Assembly (NCBI GenBank): GCA_016209685.1
Contig: JACQVQ010000006.1
Location: 3,184 to 67,183, forward strand
Origin: Planctomycetota bacterium
Lineage (GTDB): Bacteria; Planctomycetota; Brocadiia; Brocadiales; Bathyanammoxibiaceae
DNA length: 64,000 nt
Direction: 5' to 3'
Shown: piece by piece, positions 8,682-15,590 of the stretch
How positions within the stretch are numbered: position 1 is the first letter of the stretch
Layout of the letters: every line of letters starts with the position of its first letter
The notes under the pieces: generated by a model
The model's database searches: none
What the model saw: only the letters and a program-made list of their open reading frames with translations
What the model was told of the DNA's origin: nothing
Made by a program: the position numbers and the translations under genes

Positions 8682-9383
8682 GTGGCTAAAGATAATGCCG
8701 CTTCTCGGATACCAAAGGTCTCCATAATCATTCCTACATTACAGGAAGAAAATACAATAGAAAAGACACTCCTCAACCTAAGGAAGCAGGGGAATAGCCA
8801 TGAGGTCACTGTTGTGGATGGCGGCAGCACTGACTCTACCGTGGATATAGCCAGCCGTTATGCCAGGGTGATTAAAGGGCCGCCGGGTCGGGCCAGGCAG
8901 ATGAACCTGGGGGCCAGCCACGCCAGGGGAAAGATATTATTATTTCTCCATGCCGATACCATACTGCCTGAGGGGGCTGTAGACAAGGTTTGTAAAGCAA
9001 TCCAGCGGCCGGGGATAGTCGGTGGCTGTTTCAGCCTGGCATTTGACCCCCCTCACTCATTCCTTTGTTTCATTAGCCTCTTTACACACCTGCACTGGTG
9101 GTGGGTTCCATATGGAGACCAGGCATTCTTTGCTACTGCTGAGGCCTTTAACACCCTAGGGGGCTACCGGGACCTGGCAATAATGGAAGATATGGAGTTC
9201 TTCAAGAGACTTAAGAATTTAGGTAAGGTGTGTATTATCCAAGACCCAGTTATAACCTCCTCCAGGAGATTCTTAAAAAAGGGTGTATATAGACAGACTC
9301 TTCTTAACCTACTAATTTATTTAGGTTATTTATGCGGGCTAAAAGCGGATAGGTTCAAAAAGTGGTACGGAACTGTTAGATAA
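8682..9383 (+). CDS. Family-2 glycosyltransferase, TIGR04283-like (the family annotated as arsenosugar-biosynthesis associated)
   Basis: GTG start. Motifs VSIIIPTLQEENTI, VTVVDGGSTDSTV, GRARQMNLGA, LLFLHADTILP, YGDQAFF and IMEDMEF fit the GT2 / TIGR04283 pattern as recalled. Confidence 0.7.
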   Translation: MAKDNAASRIPKVSIIIPTLQEENTIEKTLLNLRKQGNSHEVTVVDGGSTDSTVDIASRYARVIKGPPGRARQMNLGASHARGKILLFLHADTILPEGAVDKVCKAIQRPGIVGGCFSLAFDPPHSFLCFISLFTHLHWWWVPYGDQAFFATAEAFNTLGGYRDLAIMEDMEFFKRLKNLGKVCIIQDPVITSSRRFLKKGVYRQTLLNLLIYLGYLCGLKADRFKKWYGTVR

Positions 9384-9444
9384 AAGCCTATGCTACGGCA
9401 GACTTAAACTTTTTGCTTTTTTAACTCCAGAAAGGAGGCTCAAA

Positions 9445-9927
9445 ATGCGCCACTTGCCTTCTGTCGTTTGGGTTCCGATACTTTTTTTCTTGCTTTCTCT
9501 GTTAGCTCAAGTAGAGGGGCAAGAAGTTAAGACTATAAACCTTAGGGCCTTAAACGACCTGCTGGGGGACAGACAAGGTAAAGTAGTGGTACTGGACTTC
9601 TGGTTCACTCGCTGACCCCACTGCCGGAGGGCGGTGCCCTTCCTTAACCAGATGTACGATACTTACAAAAACCAGGGCCTTGAGCTAATTGGACTTTCTA
9701 TAGATGAAGATGTAGAGGCCGTTAGGAGCTTTTTAAAAAAGGTGGAGATAAAGTACCCCGTCGTCGTTGCAGATCTGGACATTTCAGAGGAGTATGGAAT
9801 ACAGTTTGTACCGCATCATGTTTTTATAGATAGACAAGGCAAAAAGAGGGCTGAGGAGACAGGTTTTTCTGAGGAGGGGAAGGTAGAGTTCGAAACAAAG
9901 GTAAGGGAGTTACTAAAGGAAAGGTAA
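9445..9927 (+). CDS. Second secreted TlpA-like thioredoxin-fold selenoprotein (UGA 9613..9615 as Sec; U-P-H-C)
   Basis: The RBS aaaggagg lies before the ATG at 9445. I translated 9445..9612 by hand and found no stops: MRHLPSVVWVPILFFLLSLLAQVEGQEVKTINLRALNDLLGDRQGKVVVLDFWFTR. This is followed by UGA and then PHCRRAVPFLNQMY... in frame with ORF 9634..9927. It is a paralog of 5668..6156. Confidence 0.8.
9626..9642 (+). promoter_or_regulatory. Candidate SECIS hairpin for UGA 9613
   Basis: The same 17-nt hairpin, GGAGGGCGGUGCCCUUC, as at 5849..5865. It starts 10 nt after the UGA. Confidence 0.6.
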
Positions 9928-9974
9928 TCTTTCTGTAGAGTAAAAATGGGCGGTTATAATTAAACCTTCAGCTC

Positions 9975-10187
9975 TTGTTGCTAATGAGCTTTTCTCGGCC
10001 TTTGAAAGTTTGTGAGACTCACGAAGCTGATAAAGAGACGGGAACACTTTGGTTAGCCTTGGCCAGTGAAGCAATGGAGGGTAAGCTTGCAGCTAATGTC
10101 CTACGGCAAATACCCAGCATGATGGCCTTTTGGTTTGCCTGGGCGGATTATTTTCCAGAGACAAAGGTCTTTCAAGACGGAGGATAG
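9975..10187 (+). pseudogene. C-terminal fragment of a second DUF3179 gene
   Basis: DKETGTLWLALASEAMEGKLAANVLRQIPSMMAFWFAWADYFPETKVFQDGG aligns with the last ~55 residues of 976..2052 (DKETNTLWLVLTGEAVEGGLKGKNLQQIPIMVSFWFAWIDYFPETKVFQD). The upstream ~280 residues of the domain are absent. Confidence 0.6.
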
Positions 10188-10479
10188 AGTCTAAAACGTT
10201 TTCTGCCGAGGCTTAGGCTATTCTTGCCGAGAAGGCCTCCTTATCTTGTGGCTTTTAAACTCTTCCAAGTGCCTTCTACCGCAAAAGCCACTATTGAGTC
10301 CTTTACAGCACGAGGAGGCATCCCTTCGGCACATCTCGTCCACAAATCACGAGTAATGCACCCAGGGCTCACTCCCACTACTGTAACTTTTTATTATTTT
10401 GGAGCTTAAAACGGTTTCTTTACCGCTTGAACATGGAAACATAATGTGCTACTTTAACCTCGGAAAAGGGAGACTTCAA

Positions 10480-11889
10480 ATGTCATGTACCACAAAGTTG
10501 GTGTCGGCTTCACCCGCCATTAAAAAGATTATAATACCTTTGGCAGTATTTGGCATCGCTATCCTTGTATTGGATTTTTCATGGCCTGTTTTGGCTGCCG
10601 AAGATGTCGGGGCGATAAAAGAAAAGGCCAAATTCACTACTATTATGGACAAGTATGGGCTACCGCTTGCCATACTGTTTTCCTTCTGGTGGGGATTGCT
10701 TGCCAATATAGGCTCAGCCTGCATCTATCCCATGGTGCCTATTACTATCGGCTACTTTGCCAGTCAGGCAGAGACCCACGGGAAGGGATATACGGTGCTC
10801 CTCGCCTGGATGTTCGTCCTGGGGATAGCAACCCTTTACGCCCCTCTGGGGGTGCTTTCTGCCCTGGCAGGGAGGGATGTGGGTGCCTTACTGGGGAATC
10901 CCTTCTTCATCGGACCCTTTGTGGCCTTTCTCGTGGCCATGGCCCTCAGTATGTTCGGGCTATTTGAGATAAGGCTACCCGTCTTTCTTATGGACCGCTT
11001 CCATTCAGGGGGAAAGAAGACGGGAATTATTGGCACCTTTCTTATGGGCATGATCCTGGGTTTTGTGGCGGCGCCTTGTGTGGGTCCCTTTGCGGGTTCT
11101 ATCCTGGCCTTCGTGGCCACCACAGGTAATATCTTTGTGGGCCTGGCCAGTCTGTTCTTTTTTTCCCTGGGGCTGGGTATGCCTTATCTAGTGCTAGCTA
11201 TATCAGCCAAGAGCCTTGCCAGCCTGCCCAAGGCCGGGGAGTGGATAAACCGCATCAAACAATTTGCTGGGCTTGTACTCCTGCTGGTGGCCGTTTACTT
11301 CTTGAGCTTCATCATCCCCAAAGACGTTTCCTTCTTGCTGGCAGGAACGCTGGTACTTTTTATGGGTGTGTTTCTTGGCACACTGTCCTGGAGGGAGGCA
11401 TCTACTCCGGCCCTCTTCGGAAGAGGTGTTGGAATCCTGATAGGGGTTTGTGGTATTATGTTGTTCCTGCTCGGGCTACTGGGCCTCACGGGGCTATCGG
11501 GAAAATTGCCCATGACCCAGGCCCCGGGTGTACGAGCGGAGATTAAATGGGTGCCCTCCTTTGAGGAGGGTATGCGACTGGCAGGGGAGCAGGGCAGGCC
11601 AGTGTTTATAGACTTCTTTGCGGATTGGTGCCTCCCCTGCAAGGAGATGGAGGCCAATACCTGGAGGGACGAACGGGTCATAAAGGAATCGGAAAGGTTC
11701 GTTGCCATTAAAATGGACTCCTCCAAAGATGACAGTCCCGGCTCAAGGCTTAAGATAGAAAAATTCAATTCTTTTTATATACCCTACGTAGCCTTCTACG
11801 ACGCTAAAGGGAGCTATCTTGAGGGTAGGTCCATAGAAGGTTACGCAGACGCCGATACAATGCTTAAAGTAATGCAGACAATCCATTAA
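10480..11889 (+). CDS. DsbD-like thiol:disulfide electron conduit (CcdA-type membrane domain + C-terminal thioredoxin domain)
   Basis: The multi-TM core carries the two conserved Cys motifs (ACIYPMVP and APCVGPF). The C-terminal Trx domain has FADWCLPC. I prefer the ATG at 10480 (RBS aagggaga) over the maximal ORF start at 10399. No DsbD-alpha domain is visible. Confidence 0.8.
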   Translation: MSCTTKLVSASPAIKKIIIPLAVFGIAILVLDFSWPVLAAEDVGAIKEKAKFTTIMDKYGLPLAILFSFWWGLLANIGSACIYPMVPITIGYFASQAETHGKGYTVLLAWMFVLGIATLYAPLGVLSALAGRDVGALLGNPFFIGPFVAFLVAMALSMFGLFEIRLPVFLMDRFHSGGKKTGIIGTFLMGMILGFVAAPCVGPFAGSILAFVATTGNIFVGLASLFFFSLGLGMPYLVLAISAKSLASLPKAGEWINRIKQFAGLVLLLVAVYFLSFIIPKDVSFLLAGTLVLFMGVFLGTLSWREASTPALFGRGVGILIGVCGIMLFLLGLLGLTGLSGKLPMTQAPGVRAEIKWVPSFEEGMRLAGEQGRPVFIDFFADWCLPCKEMEANTWRDERVIKESERFVAIKMDSSKDDSPGSRLKIEKFNSFYIPYVAFYDAKGSYLEGRSIEGYADADTMLKVMQTIH

Positions 11890-11890
11890 C

Positions 11891-11982
11891 AAGGTTACAG
11901 GGAACGGGGCACAGGATACAGGGAAAAAGATTTTTACCTGTTCCCTGTTCTCTGTTCCCTGCTTCCTGTTTCCTGTTACCTT
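11891..11982. repeat. Tandem-unit hairpin (ACAGGRA units / complementary TCCTGTT units)
   Basis: AAGGTTACAGG...ACAGGATACAGGGAAAAAGATTTTTACCTGTTCCCTGTTCTCTGTTCCCTG...CCTGTTACCTT. The outer ends are complementary. It lies directly after the DsbD-like stop codon. Confidence 0.75.
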
Positions 11983-11999
11983 AAATTAAGGAGGGGAAG

Positions 12000-12326
12000 A
12001 TGGCCGAAATATTAGGGGTTACCGACGCTAACTTTAAGACAGAGGTTCTAGAGTCTCCCTCACCGGTGCTTGTAGATTTCTGGGCCACCTGGTGCGCCCC
12101 CTGCAAGCAGATGGCCGAGATACTTGATGGCCTGGTGCCGATATATAAGGGCAAGGTAAAGATGGTCAAGCTCAACGTGGATGAGGGGACCAAGGTCGCC
12201 GCCCAGTACGGCATAACGGCCATCCCCACCCTGATATTCTTTAAGGGAGGCAAGGAGGCCGGGCGGATGGTAGGCGTAGTCTCCAGGCAGAAGCTGGAGG
12301 AGAAACTCAAAGGGCTTGCTGGCTAA
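12000..12326 (+). CDS. trxA: Thioredoxin
   Basis: 108 aa. VLVDFWATWCAPCK active site, PTLIFFKGG, typical length, RBS aaggagggg. Confidence 0.9.
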   Translation: MAEILGVTDANFKTEVLESPSPVLVDFWATWCAPCKQMAEILDGLVPIYKGKVKMVKLNVDEGTKVAAQYGITAIPTLIFFKGGKEAGRMVGVVSRQKLEEKLKGLAG

Positions 12327-12955
12327 TGAAAAACTGCATTGCAAATTGTAAATTGCAGATTTTAAATTTCAAATTTTCAATTTGCATTTTACAATTAATT
12401 GTTTTCCTGGGCCTCCCTTCCCAGGCCCAGGCGGTGTGGAAGGAACTGACCCCCAAGCAATTCCTGGAGGCCATGGAATACGGTCAGAAAGAAAAAGACA
12501 AGGCTATGGTGGACTTTGCCAGGGAATGGACGGTGAACCTCGGGGAGCAGGTAGGCTGGGCCACGCTTTACACCCCGTTTCACAGCCTGGCCTACAAGGC
12601 CCGCAAGGCGGCCGTAGAGCACCGCGAATTAACGGAAAAGGAGATTAAGAAGGCCCTGGGGGACGGAGAGACGCTGACCTTCTCGGCCACTATCCTGTGC
12701 GATGCCCTTTACTACACACGCCAAAGACCGTCCACCCTGCATCAGGGAGAAAAGGTTGTGGCCTCCTCTTATGAGTTCCTCCCCGACGTCTGCGAGAACA
12801 GCAACTTTTTCCCGGAGTCCCCGGCCTACATGGCCTCTTGTGTGTATAGGTTCCCCCACAAAGACCTCTCTCTGGAAGCCCCCATAACCCTGGTGATAAT
12901 TACGCCTACTGGAGAGGAACGCCTCTTCCCCTTTGACCTGTCCGGGATACGCTAA
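12326..12955 (+). CDS. Hypothetical secreted protein
   Basis: A long ORF with coding-like composition. The signal-like segment ILQLIVFLGLPSQAQA is partly encoded by the hairpin repeat. The start is uncertain (ATG 12326 or TTG 12353). I recognised no family. Confidence 0.5.
   Translation: MKNCIANCKLQILNFKFSICILQLIVFLGLPSQAQAVWKELTPKQFLEAMEYGQKEKDKAMVDFAREWTVNLGEQVGWATLYTPFHSLAYKARKAAVEHRELTEKEIKKALGDGETLTFSATILCDALYYTRQRPSTLHQGEKVVASSYEFLPDVCENSNFFPESPAYMASCVYRFPHKDLSLEAPITLVIITPTGEERLFPFDLSGIR
12334..12396. repeat. Tandem-unit hairpin (TTGCAAA/TTGTAAA units)
   Basis: GCATTGCAAATTGTAAATTGCAGATTTTAAATTTCAAATTTTCAATTTGCATTTTACAATT. It lies just after the trxA stop and overlaps the 5' end of ORF 12326. 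Confidence 0.7.
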
Positions 12956-12983
12956 ACGAATTGGGGACTGGGACGTGACGTTA

Positions 12984-13466
12984 CTAGCAAGAGGCCCCCT
13001 TCGCCTCCCTCTCCTTCTTTACCGCCTCTATACACTCCTTAACGAATTGATCCGCATTCGTATTGTGCATCAGGCAGGCAAAGGCGACGTCCTCCGTACC
13101 AAAGGCAGGACAGGTAAAACAACCCACCCCAAAATACTTTGCAAAAACAGTCTTGGCCGCAGGGTATCTGTCCGTAACCTCGGAGGTCTTCATCTTCTTA
13201 GTAATCACAATCTCCCCTGTGTCGGCCGTGGCGTGTCCGCATGAGGCGGATTGTGGTGCCTGACAGACGGCCTGTAAGTCCTGGATAAGTTTCCCCACGT
13301 CCGCCCCCTGCTGGGCACAGACGGCCCCAAGGGTAGTGTCATCGTTGGTGCCGGGCTTCTGAAGCCTGGCCATCAGGGCAAAAAACCCGTTCCGCTTAAA
13401 GACCATAACCGCCCCCGGGTGCGCTGAGATTATCTCAGAGACCTTGCTGTCTTTGGTAACGTTCAT
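12984..13466 (-). CDS. DUF1858-type (hybrid-cluster-protein-associated redox disulfide) tandem-domain protein
   Basis: The second half, TSEVTDRYPAAKTVFAKYFGVGCFTCPAFGTEDVAFACLMHNTNADQFV, fits the DUF1858 pattern with its CxxC. The first half, VSEIISAHPGAVMVFKRNGF..., is a degenerate copy without CxxC. Confidence 0.55.
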   Translation of the reverse strand: MNVTKDSKVSEIISAHPGAVMVFKRNGFFALMARLQKPGTNDDTTLGAVCAQQGADVGKLIQDLQAVCQAPQSASCGHATADTGEIVITKKMKTSEVTDRYPAAKTVFAKYFGVGCFTCPAFGTEDVAFACLMHNTNADQFVKECIEAVKKEREAKGASC

Positions 13467-13565
13467 CTATCAACTCCTCTTGTTATCTCTTTTGCTGGGA
13501 GCGGTTCTACCGCTCCCATGGGACCCCTTTACCCGTATCTACCCATCGCCACCCGGTCTTCCTGG

Positions 13566-13580
13566 TCCGCCTCAGGCGGA
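13566..13580. repeat. TCCGCC-N3-GGCGGA palindrome
   Basis: TCCGCCTCAGGCGGA, a perfect 6+3+6 palindrome. Confidence 0.8.
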
Positions 13581-13599
13581 TATCTCGTTGGTGCAGGGC

Positions 13600-13655
13600 C
13601 AGCCCTGGTGGCGGAGCACCAGGGCTATAGCATTGGGGCTCTGCCCCCAATGCTG
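13600..13655. repeat. 56-nt double-hairpin repeat, copy 1
   Basis: CAGCCCTGGTGGCGGAGCACCAGGGCTATAGCATTGGGGCTCTGCCCCCAATGCTG contains two adjacent hairpins. The reverse complement of 43362..43417 is identical except for one base. Confidence 0.8.
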
Positions 13656-13768
13656 AACCGTTCTGGTACAGGGCTAGCCAAATGGCACAGGAATTATACC
13701 CTTTTACCAGGGACTAGTCAAAGTGTGGTTGTTGTCAGCAGGTGGTTAGCAATCGCCAAAATTTTAAT

Positions 13769-13797
13769 GTTGGGGCGAGCCGCCGTCTCGCCCCTAC
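13769..13797. repeat. GTWGGGGC...GCCCCTAC palindrome (variant core)
   Basis: GTTGGGGCGAGCCGCCGTCTCGCCCCTAC. Confidence 0.6.
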
Positions 13798-14091
13798 TGC
13801 CCTGGTCCGCCCCCGCACCAACATGTCCTAAGCAATGGAAACCAAAGGGCTTACGAAGCACAACAAATCCCCTTTTCCCTAACAAGTATCACTTGCTTTT
13901 ATTATGTAAACCAGTATAATAGATTTGTTAAATTTTTCCTCACCGGCCGCACGGCAAGACGTGTTTCGTTGGCTAACAGGTCCTGGGGAAAGGAGGCACT
14001 AAACAAGGTGACGGGGCCATGCCCGACAAAGGTTTCTGTGCCTGCCCTTAAAAAAGATACTCAATCCGCTTTTGTAAAGGTACAAGTGGCC

Positions 14092-14106
14092 TCCGCCTCA
14101 GGCGGA
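14092..14106. repeat. TCCGCC-N3-GGCGGA palindrome
   Basis: TCCGCCTCAGGCGGA, 12 nt upstream of the glnA start. Confidence 0.8.
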
Positions 14107-14117
14107 CTATCTAAGAC

Positions 14118-15530
14118 ATGCAAATAAAAGAAGTTATTGAACTCTGCCGGCAGAAAGACATAAAGGTTATTGACCTGCGCTTTTCGGACCTCCTGGGTAA
14201 ATGGCACCACTTCTCCATCCCCACCAGGGAACTCACCGAAAAGGTCTTTGAGGAGGGCCTGGGTTTTGATGGGTCCAGCATACGGGGCTGGGTGCCTATT
14301 CATATGAGCGACCTCGTAGCAGTCCCTGTCCCTGAGACGGCCATGACGGACCCCTTTCTGGACGCATCCACCCTGATACTGCTCTGCGAGATACTGGAGC
14401 CTATACCCAAAAAAAATTACACGCGGGACCCCAGATATATTGCACGCAAGGCGGAGACCTACCTCAAATCTACGGGCATCGCCGACACGTCCTACTTCGG
14501 CCCCGAGGCGGAGTTCTTCATCTTTGACAGTATCCGCTTTGACCAGCAACCCCATCACGCCTATTACTACATAGAATCCTCCGAGGGTAATTGGAACACA
14601 GGTCAGGATGAACGCCCCAACCTGGGCTACAAGATCGCCTTCAAAGAGGGATACTTCCCCGTACCTCCCAGTGACACCCTCCAGAACGTCCGCTCGGAGA
14701 TGATGCTCATCATGGAGAAGTGCAACATCAAGATAGAGAGACAGCACCACGAGGTGGCCACCGCAGGGCAGGGCGAGATAAACTTCCAGTACGACACCCT
14801 GGTAAGGGCGGCAGACACGCTCCAGTTATACAAATACATAGTGAAAAACACTGCAAGGAAGTACAACAAGACCGTTACCTTCATGCCCAAACCCATTATA
14901 GGAGATAACGGCTCAGGGATGCACACCCACTTCTCCTTATGGAAGGGCGGCAAGCCCCTCTTTGCCGGGAACGGTTATGCGGGCCTGAGCGAGATGGCCC
15001 GTCATGCCATCGGCGGCCTGCTCTACCACGCAAAGGCCCTCACTGCCTTCACCAACCCCACCACTAACTCTTACAAACGCCTGGCCCCCGGCCACGAGGC
15101 CCCCATAAACCTGGCCTATTCCTCCAGGAACCGCAGCGCCGCCATCCGTATACCTATGTACAGCAACAGCCCCAAGGCCGCCAGGATAGAGTTCCGTTGC
15201 CCGGACCCTTGCTGCAACCCCTATATCTCTTTCGCGGCCATCCTCATGGCCGCCCTGGATGGCATACAGAATAAAATAGACCCAGGGGAACCCCTGGACA
15301 AGGATATCTACGACCTGCCACCGGAAGAGCTGGCAAGAATCCCCTCTACCCCGGATTCCCTGGCAAGCGCTTTGGATGAACTAGAGGCAAACCACGAGTT
15401 CCTCCTGAAAGGGGACGTCTTCACCCAGGATGTCGTTGAGACCTGGATTTCCTATAAAAGGATGAATGAAGTAGAACCCGTACGGCTCCACCCTCACCCT
15501 TACGAATTCGCCCTTTATTATGACGCATGA
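14118..15530 (+). CDS. glnA: Glutamine synthetase, type I
   Basis: 470 aa. It has the GS-I beta-grasp N-terminus and the motifs GSGMHTHFSLW, NSYKRL and SNSPKAARIEFRCPD. The adenylylation-site-like sequence DIYDLPPEE is present. Confidence 0.95.
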   Translation: MQIKEVIELCRQKDIKVIDLRFSDLLGKWHHFSIPTRELTEKVFEEGLGFDGSSIRGWVPIHMSDLVAVPVPETAMTDPFLDASTLILLCEILEPIPKKNYTRDPRYIARKAETYLKSTGIADTSYFGPEAEFFIFDSIRFDQQPHHAYYYIESSEGNWNTGQDERPNLGYKIAFKEGYFPVPPSDTLQNVRSEMMLIMEKCNIKIERQHHEVATAGQGEINFQYDTLVRAADTLQLYKYIVKNTARKYNKTVTFMPKPIIGDNGSGMHTHFSLWKGGKPLFAGNGYAGLSEMARHAIGGLLYHAKALTAFTNPTTNSYKRLAPGHEAPINLAYSSRNRSAAIRIPMYSNSPKAARIEFRCPDPCCNPYISFAAILMAALDGIQNKIDPGEPLDKDIYDLPPEELARIPSTPDSLASALDELEANHEFLLKGDVFTQDVVETWISYKRMNEVEPVRLHPHPYEFALYYDA

Positions 15531-15590
15531 GCCGACAAGAATTTTTTTCAGCCGGGGCGCTCCATTGAACGCCCTACGTAAAAAAGAAGT

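Noticed and set aside
10224-10409. 61-codon ORF in the spacer between the DUF3179 fragment and the DsbD-like gene.
   Set aside because: It has no recognisable motif and no RBS, and it lies in a region that looks like decayed duplicated DNA.
13683-13697. Sigma-54-type promoter (TGGCAC-N5-TTAT) upstream of glnA.
   Set aside because: The -24 element matches, but the -12 element is TTAT instead of TTGC. The site lies ~430 nt upstream of the start codon, within a repeat mosaic.
13470-14117. Possible glutamine riboswitch or other glnA leader RNA.
   Set aside because: I could not find the conserved glnA-motif strings as I remember them. The structure in this region is explained by REP-like palindromes.
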